NCBI GenBank assembly: GCA_963748015.1
Contig: CAVVHE010000004.1
Location: 1,056,001-1,120,000, forward strand
DNA: 64,000 nt
DNA from: Terriglobia bacterium
GTDB lineage: Bacteria; Acidobacteriota; Polarisedimenticolia; Polarisedimenticolales; JAIQFR01
Direction of reading: 5' to 3'
This document shows, one piece after another, positions 9,109 through 17,701 of the stretch. Position numbers and translations under genes: made by a program. Under the pieces are notes generated by a model. The model searched no databases, had not been told where the DNA came from, and saw nothing but the letters and a program-made list of their open reading frames with translations. The number at the start of each line of letters is the position of its first letter. The first letter of the stretch is position 1.

Positions 9109-10934
9109 GGCGCGAGCCTCGCCAGCTCCCGGCGGGCGCGGTCGCCGGCGGGACCTGGGACGGCGGCCTTTCGAAGGACCTCGATCGCCTCCTCCTTCCG
9201 CCCGAGCGCGGAGAGGTTCGCGCCGAGGGCCGTGCCCGCCCTCGCGTCTTGGGGCATGAGCGCGGCCGCTCTCTCGAGGTGGGGCTCGGCCTCCCGCGGC
9301 CGCCCGGCGTCGTGGAGCAGCGTGCCGAGGAGAAGGTGCCCCGCGGCGGAATCCGGATCGAGCCGGATCGCCTCGCGCAGCCGGCTCTCCGCCTCCTCCC
9401 GCCGGCCGAGGAGGGCCAGCACGCGCCCGAGCTCGGCCAGGACCGGCGAGTCCTGCGGGAAGAGGCGCAGCGCCTCCTCGTAGCGGGCGCGCGCCTCGTC
9501 GAGCCGGCCGGCCTTCGCGAGCGCCCAGCCGAGATTCACGACGCCGGTCCGGAAGGTCGGCGCCAGAGAGGCGGCGCGGGCCAGCAGCGGGAGCGCCTCG
9601 TCCACGCGCCCCGCCTCCGCGAGCCAGAGGCCGTAGTTGAACAGCGCATGGACGTTCTCGGGAGCCCTCGCGACGCCGCGCGAGAGGAGGGCCTCCGAGT
9701 CGCGCCACGTCGCGAGCTGCGCGCGCGTGACGAGCGACAGCGCGAGGATCGCGGCCGCGGACCCGAGCACCGCCAGGCCGCGCGCCGCCGAGCCGCGGCC
9801 CTCGACGGCGCCGAGCGCCGCCCAGGCGACGACGACGAAGATCCCGATCAGGGGAAGATACGCGTACCGGTCGGCGACGAGCTGCGTGCCGAACGGGACC
9901 AGGCCAGAGACCGGCAGGAGCGCGGCCCCGTACCACGCGACGCCCGCGGCGACGACGGGGCGGCGGCGGAAGAGGACGATCGCCAGTCCGGCCGCCGCCA
10001 GCAGGAGCGCGGCCGACAGCGCGACCTTCGCGGCCGCTCCCGCGCCGAGGTCCATCGGGTAGAAGAGCGAGAGGCCGGCGGGCCAGACCGTCCGCGCCGG
10101 GTACCACGCGTACGAGAAGACCGCGTGCGCGAGACGCTCCGCGAGCGGGTGCGACTCGAGCGTTCCGAGCGCCTCCCCCTGCTTCTGAGCGAGGAGCGTG
10201 ACGGCCGAAGCGGCGGCCGCGAGCGCCGCGAACGGGACCTTCTCGAGGAGTAGCCGGCCGGGCGGGACGGCGCGTTTCTCCCCTCGGAACCTCTCGAGCG
10301 GCCAGAGGTCGATCGCGAGCAGGAGGAGCGGCACGACGACGGCCGTCGGCTTCGCGGCGAGCGCGCCTGCGTACGCGGCCAGCGAGGCGGCGTAGCGAAA
10401 CGCTCCCCCGCGCCGCGTCCAAGCCGCGTACGCGAGGAGGGACAGCAGCACGAGGGCCAGGCTCAGAACGGCCTTGCGCTGCGAGACCCACGCCACCGAC
10501 TCGACCTGGAGCGGGTGGACCGCGAAGAGCGCGGACGCGAGCGCCGCCGGCGCCGCGCGTCCCGTCGCGCCGCGGAGCAGGAGGAACAGCAGGGCGGCGT
10601 TCAGGGCGTGGAGCAGGGCGTTGACGGCGTGGTGGGCTCCCGGCCGGAGGCCGAAGAAGGAGACGTCGGCCATGTGGGACAGCAGGGTCAGGGGATGCCA
10701 GTTCCCGACGTGGAAGGCGGTCATCGCCCAGCCCGCGTTCGCCCAGGTCAGGCCCTGCGAGACGTGCGGGTCGGTCGCCACGTACTCGAAGTCGTCGTAG
10801 CGCACGAAGCCGAAGCCGAGAACCGGCGCGTAGAGGAGCAGCGTGCCCGACGCGAGGACGAGGGCGAGGATCGCCGCGGCGCCGCGGGACGACGCGCGCG
10901 CGCCCGCTTCCGATCCGATCCCGTCGAGGCCCAT
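9105..10934 (-). CDS. TMTC-like (GT-C) membrane protein with C-terminal TPRs; putative protein O-glycosyltransferase
   Basis: FVRYDDFEYV, NWHPLTLLSH, LFAVHPLQVESVAWVSQRK, ADRYAYLP, then TPRs. Confidence 0.8.
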   Translation of the reverse strand: MGLDGIGSEAGARASSRGAAAILALVLASGTLLLYAPVLGFGFVRYDDFEYVATDPHVSQGLTWANAGWAMTAFHVGNWHPLTLLSHMADVSFFGLRPGAHHAVNALLHALNAALLFLLLRGATGRAAPAALASALFAVHPLQVESVAWVSQRKAVLSLALVLLSLLAYAAWTRRGGAFRYAASLAAYAGALAAKPTAVVVPLLLLAIDLWPLERFRGEKRAVPPGRLLLEKVPFAALAAAASAVTLLAQKQGEALGTLESHPLAERLAHAVFSYAWYPARTVWPAGLSLFYPMDLGAGAAAKVALSAALLLAAAGLAIVLFRRRPVVAAGVAWYGAALLPVSGLVPFGTQLVADRYAYLPLIGIFVVVAWAALGAVEGRGSAARGLAVLGSAAAILALSLVTRAQLATWRDSEALLSRGVARAPENVHALFNYGLWLAEAGRVDEALPLLARAASLAPTFRTGVVNLGWALAKAGRLDEARARYEEALRLFPQDSPVLAELGRVLALLGRREEAESRLREAIRLDPDSAAGHLLLGTLLHDAGRPREAEPHLERAAALMPQDARAGTALGANLSALGRKEEAIEVLRKAAVPGPAGDRARRELARLAP

Positions 10935-10954
10935 GCGGGCGCTTCGCCCCGGCC

Positions 10955-11533
10955 TCACCGGCGGTCCGGGGGGCCGAGGAGGGTCCTGAGACGGTCCCTC
11001 GCCCGCCCGAGATGCCTGCGGACGGTGATGCGGGTGATCCCGAGCGAGCGGGCGACGTCGAGGGTCTCGAGGCCCTCGAGCTCCTTGAGGATGAACACCG
11101 CCCGCTCCCTCTCGCTCAGCGCGCCGAGCGCCGCCTCGAGCCGATCGCGGAGGCTCCGCCCCTCGGCCTCCCGCTCCGGTCCGGGGCCGGCGTGCGCCGC
11201 CCGGTCCGCCGTCCCGTCGGCCCACGGGACCTCGTCGCGCGCCCGCCGGCCGGTCCGGAGATGGTAGTCGTACGACGAGTTCACGGTGACGCGATAGAGC
11301 CAGCCCGCGAACGGATTTCCGGACTTGAAGCCGGAGAGGTGGCGAAAGACCCGGATGAAGACCTCCTGCGCCACGTCCTCGCGGTCCCGCGACGGGACCC
11401 CCATGAGCCGCAGGACGCGCAGGACCCTCCCCTGGTGGCGGTCGAGCAGCGACTCGAACGCGCGGACGCTACCGTCGCGCGCCGCGGCCACGAGCTCGTC
11501 GTCGGAGACTTCGGGACCCAGCGAGTCGGCCAA
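10955..11533 (-). CDS. ECF RNA polymerase sigma-70 factor
   Basis: Region 2 (EDVAQEVFIRVF...FAGWLYRVTVN) and region 4 (LSERERAVFILKELEGL...VARSLGI...VRRHLGRAR). Confidence 0.9.
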   Translation of the reverse strand: MADSLGPEVSDDELVAAARDGSVRAFESLLDRHQGRVLRVLRLMGVPSRDREDVAQEVFIRVFRHLSGFKSGNPFAGWLYRVTVNSSYDYHLRTGRRARDEVPWADGTADRAAHAGPGPEREAEGRSLRDRLEAALGALSERERAVFILKELEGLETLDVARSLGITRITVRRHLGRARDRLRTLLGPPDRR

Positions 11534-11562
11534 GCGGACCTCGGGAGCTCAAGGTCCCCATT

Positions 11563-14500
11563 CTAGAACGAGCTGAGACTGCCCTTCGCGTCCACCGAGA
11601 GGACCGAGTAGTACTGGGTCGTGGCCGGCGTGCCGAGGTCCACCGAGGTGCCGGTGGGCGAGGCGATCTTCGGAACGAGGCCGTCGCGGATGTCGGCGCG
11701 CGTGAAGCGGTGATCGGTCGCGTAGACCTCGTAGTGGTCGATCGTCGCCGGGAGGCCCGGCGGGTTGAACGTCGTGGTCACGGGAGCCCACGAGAGCACG
11801 ACGTGGCCGGTCACCTTGTCCGCGAGAAGGACGTCGATGCCGTTCGGGAGCTGGTTCCCGAGGCCGCCCGGGTTCCCGGCCGCGTCGATCGCGCGGACGG
11901 CGTACACGTAGTCCGGCTTCCCGGCCGCCAGCGCGAGGGGATCCGTGAAGCCGGCGCCGGTCGTCGTGCCGAGGAGCGTCGCGGTCGCGAGCGTGAAGGT
12001 CGGAGAGAGGGCGCGGTAGACCTCGTACCGCGCGATCGTGGCGCTCTTCCCGTAGATGTCCGTCGTGACCGCGGTCCAGGACAGGACGGCGTCCGAGCCG
12101 GACTTGTCCACGAGGAGGGTGTCGATGAACCCCGGGGACCTCACGCCGCGAACGAACGTCGGGACCCCGGTCTGCTCCGGCGTCGAGTACGCCGAGGTCT
12201 TGAGAGAGGTGTTGGTCGCCGTCAGGGCGACGTAGTAGCGGACGCCGTCCTGCAGGCCGGAGAGCTGGTACGCGTTATTCGTTCCGGAGCTGACGCTGAA
12301 GGTGTAGCTCCCCGGCGCGGTGCCGTACCAGATCGTGTAGTTCTTGAGATCCGTCTCCGCGTTCGCGCTCCAGGCGAGGTTCAGGCGGCCGCCCGTCTCC
12401 GGGTCGGAGACCACGAGGCCGGTCGGCGGCGCCGGCGGGTTCGGGTTGAGCGGGGTCGCCTGCGCGCAGTCCGGCCCGCTCACCGCGCAGTCGGTGTTGA
12501 AGTTCGACCACCGGCTCTCGAACCCCTCCAGGTCCACCGCGACCAGGTAGTAGAAGTAGGTCTTGGCGTTCAGGACCGCCGTGTCGGAATAGGTCGTGCC
12601 GGTCCGCCCGGCGGCGATGCGGGTGTAAGAGGTCGGCGTGCCGAGCGCGCGCCAGACGTCGTACTTGATCGTCCCGGGGGTGGTACTCGCCTGCCACGAG
12701 AGGTTCACCACCGCGTTCCCCGCGACGGCGGTCACGGCGGTCGCCGGGGCGACGGCCTTCAGGGCTAGGCGCTGCGCCGGGTCGCCGAGGAGCGTCCACC
12801 CCTGGCATCCCTCGTAGTCCAGGTTGCCGCACAACATCGAGATCGTGTCCAGCGTGGGAACGTCGAGGGTGCGCGCCTTGCGGCTTCCGAAGAGATCTCC
12901 CCAGATCACGTCGGCGACGGCGTGGTGCGCCGTGGAGTAGGACACGCCGGTGGGCGCCGATACGGCGACCGCCCCTCCCGTCCCGCTCTTCAGCCAGTCT
13001 TCCCCCATCGAGTTCAGCATCGTCGTGTGGAAGCCGCCCGTGAGGCAGTTCAGGGCGATCAGCCACGGCGGCTTGGTGACGTTGGTCAGGTCGGGGATGT
13101 CGAACCGGACGTACCCCGAGTCGAAGATGACGTCGTCCGACCAAACCTGGAAGTTCCCATGCCCCACGTACTGCACGATGGCGGCGCCGTCGGTGAACCC
13201 TCCCGTCCCGTTGACCGCGGCCTTGATGTCGGCGGTCATCTGCGGGCGGTTGCAGGAGGTCGAGCCGCAGTAGTCGCTCCAGTAGCGGAGCTTGTCGAAG
13301 GTGTACGGGGGCGCCTTCATGTAGGCCGACGACTGGTCGTTGGTGGCCTCGAAATCGAGGCCGTCCGTCGGGTCGATCCTGCCGGCGACGGTGTGCCCGC
13401 GGTCCGAGACGAACAGGGCGTGGCGCGTCCAGAGGCCCGGGGCGGTCGCGCTCTCGTAGTTGAAGATCTTCGTCAGGACCGCGCCGGCCTCGGCGTCGGA
13501 GCGCGCGGGAATGCGCCCCACCACGAGGTCCGCGAGATGGTCCGTTCCGATCACGGCGGCCAGGGCGTTGTCGCTCGCGAGGTACGCGAGCTGGTAGTCG
13601 CTGTTGAGCAGGTTCACGGTCGGGACGTAATCGCTGACCGCGGCGGTCGTGTCGTTGTGCTTCGGGTCGTACGAGCCGTCGCCGATCAGGAGAACGTAGA
13701 ACGGCTTCGGGCCCGCCCACCCCTCGCCCGGCGCGGCGGACATCACCCAGCCCAGGAACTTGCGGATCGCGTCCGGCCCGTAGAGCCCGTCGTTGAACTC
13801 GTCCTGCACGTCCTGGAGCATCACGATCTTCGACGTGATCCCCTGCTGGGCGAGCCTCAGGGCGAGGAGCTGGTTCAGCTTGGTCGTGGCCGCGGAGCCC
13901 AGGACGTCCGGGCGCGAGATCACGATCATGTCCGCCTGGTTCGCGTTGTTGCGGAGGTCCGAGACGGTGTCGGCGGCGAAGTCCGGATCGGCGGGGACCG
14001 ACACGCCCCCGGAGCCCGCGACCACGAACCGCCTCGCGCTCCCCGCGGGGATTCCCGGGTCCTGCGCCACGTGGAAGCGCACCGCGTACGGCCCGATCCC
14101 CGTCACCGCCGCGCCGGTGAGGCGCGTGGGGCTCGAGATCCCCGTCGCGCCGGCCCTCGCGGTGAGCTCGTAGACGGAAGGAGGACTCGCAGGGCCGCTC
14201 GCGAAGCCCGAGATCTCGAACTCGGCGTCCCCGTTCGGGTAGTCGAACGTCAGCGCGTCGCCCGAGGCGACGAACGCCCGCCGGTAGCGGATCTCGATCC
14301 AGTCGAGGATCATCGAGTTCACGGAGCCCGAGACCGTCACCGCCTCGCTCTTCACGTAGGCGGGGTCCTGCAGAACCGGGCCGCTCGCGGGATACGTCCA
14401 GGTGAAGTCGTGCGTGTAGACCATCCGGCCGTCGAACGACCCGTCGTCGTTGTTCGTCGCGAGGTTGTGCCCCGCGGTGCCGTCGTACTGCAGGGTGATC

Positions 14501-15858
14501 CGGCTGCGGTGGTCCGGGTTGATGGTCGCGGACTCGCTGATGCCGCGAAGCCGGACGATCACGCGGGCCGGGAGGGTCCCCGAGGCGAGCCCCGGTAGCG
14601 GGACCGCGTCGGTGCGGGACGCCGGGGCCGAGAAGAACGGCTTCCAGTACCACGGGTCGTTCGCGGAGAGAGGGAACCAGGCGTTGTCCACCTCCCGGTG
14701 CGAGACCGCCTCGAAATCCGCGGCCGGCGTCGCGCCGAGCGGTGCCGCGGGGACCTCGGGCATGCGGGCCCGCACGCCGGTCTCGACCGTCAGGAAGTAG
14801 ACGTTCTCGTCGGTGACGTCCGCGTACTCGTAGAGATTGAGCGACGCCCCGCCCTGATCCTGGTTCAGGGTCGTCTTCGGATCGAAGTCGAGGGCCTGGC
14901 CGTAGAACTGCACCCACTCGGGCTGGCCGGGGTTGTTGTCGAGTATGTCGTTCCCGTCGGGGTCGTGCACCTCGAGCGGAACCTCGACGCCGTTGCTCGT
15001 CAGCTTCCAGGACGAGAGGTTGTAGGCCGGGAAGCCGCTGGCGGCCATCCTCGCGTAGTCGAGGCGGATGACGCCGTTGCTCCGGACCTTGATCCTGTAG
15101 CGGGGCGTGGTGTCGAGGGCGGACGACGCCATCGGCGCCGGGAGCGCGTCGGGAGACGCGGCGCTCCGGAGGCGGAACGACCGGCCCTGCTCGTAGTTGA
15201 CGAAAGAAGTGCGGTAGGCGCTCTCGATCCTGGGATCGGCGGGCGCCTCGACCCTGTCTCCGCTGTCCCCGTCGAAGTGGACGGTCACGGTGAAGCCGCG
15301 GGCGATACGGACGCCGTTCCGCGCGCGGTCGAACCGGACGGGAGACAGGTGGACCTCGACGTACCGCTGGTCTCGGAAGACGCCGGTCTCGCCCAGCCAG
15401 GCGACCTCGGCGGGAAAGGTGCCCGGCCCCTCGTAGAAGTCCCTCGACTCGCGGCGGGCTTCGGCGATCCGAGGCTCCGCCCCGGGTCCGGCCGAATCGA
15501 CGAGCCGTGTCGCCACGGGGCGAGGACGAATCCCAGGTCGAAGATCTTCGCCCTCGAGTCGAACCTCGAGACGCGGCACTACGCCTTCGGGAAGGGCTAC
15601 CCGAACGACTTTTCTGGGAAGATCGGGTACTTCGGGGCGCCTGTCCAGCGCCCCGAAGCCCTCGATCCTGATGGCGAAGTGCCCTTCCGGGTCTTCCGCC
15701 AGCGAAACCGCCGGAGTCGTAACCCGAAAGGTGAACCCCGCGGCCTCCCGCGGCCCCCCGCTCGGGTTGACGACTGGTTCGGACGAGGAGCCCACTCCGC
15801 GTCCGGCTGTTGTCGCTAGCAACAAGGCCCAGAAGGCGAACCTTCTGGGGAATCTCAT
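11563..15858 (-). CDS. Secreted C25 (gingipain-family) cysteine peptidase with propeptide and C-terminal FN3-like domains
   Basis: Signal peptide; C25 propeptide-like N-terminus (PDLPRKVVRVALPEG); YVLLIGDGSYD, VGRIPARS, catalytic YVGHG and LNCLTG, LLGDPA; four FN3-like beta-sandwich modules. Confidence 0.88.
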   Translation of the reverse strand: MRFPRRFAFWALLLATTAGRGVGSSSEPVVNPSGGPREAAGFTFRVTTPAVSLAEDPEGHFAIRIEGFGALDRRPEVPDLPRKVVRVALPEGVVPRLEVRLEGEDLRPGIRPRPVATRLVDSAGPGAEPRIAEARRESRDFYEGPGTFPAEVAWLGETGVFRDQRYVEVHLSPVRFDRARNGVRIARGFTVTVHFDGDSGDRVEAPADPRIESAYRTSFVNYEQGRSFRLRSAASPDALPAPMASSALDTTPRYRIKVRSNGVIRLDYARMAASGFPAYNLSSWKLTSNGVEVPLEVHDPDGNDILDNNPGQPEWVQFYGQALDFDPKTTLNQDQGGASLNLYEYADVTDENVYFLTVETGVRARMPEVPAAPLGATPAADFEAVSHREVDNAWFPLSANDPWYWKPFFSAPASRTDAVPLPGLASGTLPARVIVRLRGISESATINPDHRSRITLQYDGTAGHNLATNNDDGSFDGRMVYTHDFTWTYPASGPVLQDPAYVKSEAVTVSGSVNSMILDWIEIRYRRAFVASGDALTFDYPNGDAEFEISGFASGPASPPSVYELTARAGATGISSPTRLTGAAVTGIGPYAVRFHVAQDPGIPAGSARRFVVAGSGGVSVPADPDFAADTVSDLRNNANQADMIVISRPDVLGSAATTKLNQLLALRLAQQGITSKIVMLQDVQDEFNDGLYGPDAIRKFLGWVMSAAPGEGWAGPKPFYVLLIGDGSYDPKHNDTTAAVSDYVPTVNLLNSDYQLAYLASDNALAAVIGTDHLADLVVGRIPARSDAEAGAVLTKIFNYESATAPGLWTRHALFVSDRGHTVAGRIDPTDGLDFEATNDQSSAYMKAPPYTFDKLRYWSDYCGSTSCNRPQMTADIKAAVNGTGGFTDGAAIVQYVGHGNFQVWSDDVIFDSGYVRFDIPDLTNVTKPPWLIALNCLTGGFHTTMLNSMGEDWLKSGTGGAVAVSAPTGVSYSTAHHAVADVIWGDLFGSRKARTLDVPTLDTISMLCGNLDYEGCQGWTLLGDPAQRLALKAVAPATAVTAVAGNAVVNLSWQASTTPGTIKYDVWRALGTPTSYTRIAAGRTGTTYSDTAVLNAKTYFYYLVAVDLEGFESRWSNFNTDCAVSGPDCAQATPLNPNPPAPPTGLVVSDPETGGRLNLAWSANAETDLKNYTIWYGTAPGSYTFSVSSGTNNAYQLSGLQDGVRYYVALTATNTSLKTSAYSTPEQTGVPTFVRGVRSPGFIDTLLVDKSGSDAVLSWTAVTTDIYGKSATIARYEVYRALSPTFTLATATLLGTTTGAGFTDPLALAAGKPDYVYAVRAIDAAGNPGGLGNQLPNGIDVLLADKVTGHVVLSWAPVTTTFNPPGLPATIDHYEVYATDHRFTRADIRDGLVPKIASPTGTSVDLGTPATTQYYSVLSVDAKGSLSSF

Positions 15859-15912
15859 CGCTACCCTACGGGGTGCCGCCGCCGAGTGCCGCGGAGGCCC
15901 CCTGGTCAGACC

Positions 15913-16026
15913 TTAGCTCTGGATCGGGCCCGCTCCGCAGCTAGCATCCGCCTTCGAACAAGCGAGGGCCCGGGCTTCCAGCTTCTCCGTGTGGACGATC
16001 GCGGGACGCTCGTAACTCTTTTTCAT
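15913..16026 (-). CDS. Putative RiPP precursor peptide (37 aa), not in the ORF track
   Basis: GGGGGAGG RBS, ATG 16026, TAA 15913-15915; MKKSYERPAIVHTEKLEARALACSKADASCGAGPIQS. YxxP leader motif and Cys23/Cys30; lies between the rSAM and C25 genes. Confidence 0.85.
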   Translation of the reverse strand: MKKSYERPAIVHTEKLEARALACSKADASCGAGPIQS

Positions 16027-16062
16027 TCGCCTCCCCCTGACCTAGTCTTAAACCTGTTTGAA

Positions 16063-16074
16063 CTAAGTACTTAG
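16063..16074. promoter_or_regulatory. Perfect 12-bp palindrome CTAAGTACTTAG upstream of the precursor (possible operator)
   Basis: Located in the AT-rich 81-nt spacer between the rSAM stop and the precursor start. Confidence 0.35.
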
Positions 16075-16107
16075 CTACATTTCCGCGCCAGATTGCCCGG
16101 CGCAAGC

Positions 16108-17223
16108 TTACTTATACGGTGCCATCGGCAGCTTTTCAAGAAGTTTTTCTGAGGGCTTTCCCCCGATCTGGATCAGGTCGTACGCCCTCCGCACGGCCCG
16201 CGCGTTGATTTCCGCCTGCGGATACATGTCCAGGGGACCGCCGACCTGCTTCTCCGCCACGCCCATACAAAAGGTGAAATACGGACCATTTTCGTGCTGG
16301 TCGAGCTTCCGCCTGGCCTGGACGGCGAGGTCCCGGACCTCCACGAGGACGGGCGACCGCCGCCAGATCTCCTCCATGCTGTCGATTTCGAGGATGTTGG
16401 CGGCCTTCCGGCGAAGAGCCACGCAGGGGAAGATGTTCCCGTAGGGATCGATCGTGAACCCCGACCGGCCGGAGCCGCATACCGCCTCGGCGGCATCCGA
16501 GGCGCAGTGATTCGATCGCGGCGGAAGCGTTCCGTGGTGGAGATCCATGTACCACTCGGCCCAGTACTTCCTGAGGAACTCGTCGTCCGGACGAAGCGAG
16601 AGAGGGTCGAGGTTTCCGTCGTCCTTCGGGGTGATCACCGCATCGAACACGAGATGACAGCCGAGGGAGTCGGCGAGGTCGCGGATCTCGAACACATCGG
16701 CCTGGTTCAGCCGGGTGATCGGGCACTTCAGATCCACCTTGACCCCGAGTTCCCTTAGATTTCGAATCCCCCTGATCGTCTTCTCGAACGACCCCTTGAT
16801 CTTGGTCAGCGCCTCGTGAATCTCCGGACGGGAGCCGTGCAGCGAGATCTCCACCTCCATCGGGTTGAGATCCGCTACCTTTCGCGCGACGACCGGATCG
16901 GCCAGCAGGTAGCCGTTGGAGTAGATCCTCAGCGCCATCCCGAGCCGGCGGGCTTCCTGGGCGATCGCGAAGAAGTCCTTGTGGCAGAGAGGCTCCCCGC
17001 CGGTCAGCGTCAGGTAGAGCACTCCGACTTCGGAGACCTTCCGGATTGCCTCGAAGATCTGGGGCGTGGTCATCTCCTTGGCCCCGGTCGGCGAGTTGTA
17101 GCAGAACGAGCAGAGATGGTTGCAGCGATAGGTGAGCTCGATCTGCGCGTTCAGCGGAATCGCCTCGGCGAACGCCTTTTCGAGCAGACGGGTGTAGGGG
17201 TTCTTCCCCGTCGCTTCGGTCAT
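16108..17223 (-). CDS. Radical SAM protein with SPASM/twitch-like C-terminal domain (PqqE-like peptide maturase)
   Basis: ELTYRCNHLCSFCY (CxxxCxxC), LTGGEPL, ISLHG, CGSGRSGFTIDPYGNIFPC; immediately downstream of the PqqD gene. Confidence 0.92.
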   Translation of the reverse strand: MTEATGKNPYTRLLEKAFAEAIPLNAQIELTYRCNHLCSFCYNSPTGAKEMTTPQIFEAIRKVSEVGVLYLTLTGGEPLCHKDFFAIAQEARRLGMALRIYSNGYLLADPVVARKVADLNPMEVEISLHGSRPEIHEALTKIKGSFEKTIRGIRNLRELGVKVDLKCPITRLNQADVFEIRDLADSLGCHLVFDAVITPKDDGNLDPLSLRPDDEFLRKYWAEWYMDLHHGTLPPRSNHCASDAAEAVCGSGRSGFTIDPYGNIFPCVALRRKAANILEIDSMEEIWRRSPVLVEVRDLAVQARRKLDQHENGPYFTFCMGVAEKQVGGPLDMYPQAEINARAVRRAYDLIQIGGKPSEKLLEKLPMAPYK

Positions 17224-17248
17224 CGCGAGCCTCCCGGGGAGTCGGCCG

Positions 17249-17536
17249 TTACCCGCCGAGCATCCCCTGCGCGGCCAGCTCGCCGAGGAAGGCCTGGACG
17301 TCCGAGCTCGCGGTCTCCGCCGGCACTTCGAACTCGGCGGTCACCGCGGCGACGATCTCCTCGACCGTGTGTTCCCCGTCGAGCAGCGAGAAGACCTTGA
17401 CCCCGACGGGGTTCAGGACCTTCACCTCGGCTCGTCCCGGCAGAACGACCAGGCCGCCCTCATCCCCGACCGCGCGGTAGGCGCAATCGGTACTACGACG
17501 CGGCTTGTCGGAAAGCGAGATGACAGGGGCAGTCAC
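17249..17536 (-). CDS. PqqD-family RiPP recognition element (RRE) protein
   Basis: 95 aa; LNPVGVKVFSLLDGEHTVEEIVAAVTAEFEV...DVQAFLGELAAQGML; RBS GAGGAGGAG before GTG. Confidence 0.92.
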   Translation of the reverse strand: MTAPVISLSDKPRRSTDCAYRAVGDEGGLVVLPGRAEVKVLNPVGVKVFSLLDGEHTVEEIVAAVTAEFEVPAETASSDVQAFLGELAAQGMLGG

Positions 17537-17563
17537 GTCGAGGCTCCTCCTCTTCGGCGAGCT

Positions 17564-17656
17564 AATCTATATCCAAACCGCGCGCTTGTCAGATTTGAGT
17601 ACCAAAATTGTCCAGATTCACCCTCGAAATGTACCCCGAACCCCCCGTGCCGGCAA
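17564..17656 (-). promoter_or_regulatory. Two tandem sigma70-like promoter candidates for the PqqD-rSAM-precursor operon
   Basis: TTGCCG(17656-17651)-17nt-TACATT(17633-17628) and CTGACA(17592-17587)-17nt-TAGATT(17569-17564), in an AT-enriched intergenic region. Confidence 0.45.
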
Positions 17657-17701
17657 CCCCAACTTCGGGAGACCCCGGGCTTTCCTTGACTTCCGACAGG
17701 C

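Noticed and set aside
15913..16026. Lasso peptide precursor
   Set aside because: The leader resembles lasso leaders, but there is no asparagine-synthetase-like cyclase in the window; the adjacent enzyme is a radical SAM protein.
15886..16074. 62-aa plus-strand ORF in the rSAM-C25 gap
   Set aside because: Antisense shadow of the minus-strand precursor, which has the RBS, the operon orientation and the motifs.
16075..16092. Sigma54 promoter upstream of the precursor (TGGCGCG...)
   Set aside because: The -12 GC is not at the required GG-N10-GC spacing.
16108..17536. PQQ biosynthesis (pqqD/pqqE)
   Set aside because: No pqqB or pqqC in the window, and the peptide lacks the PqqA ExxxY core.
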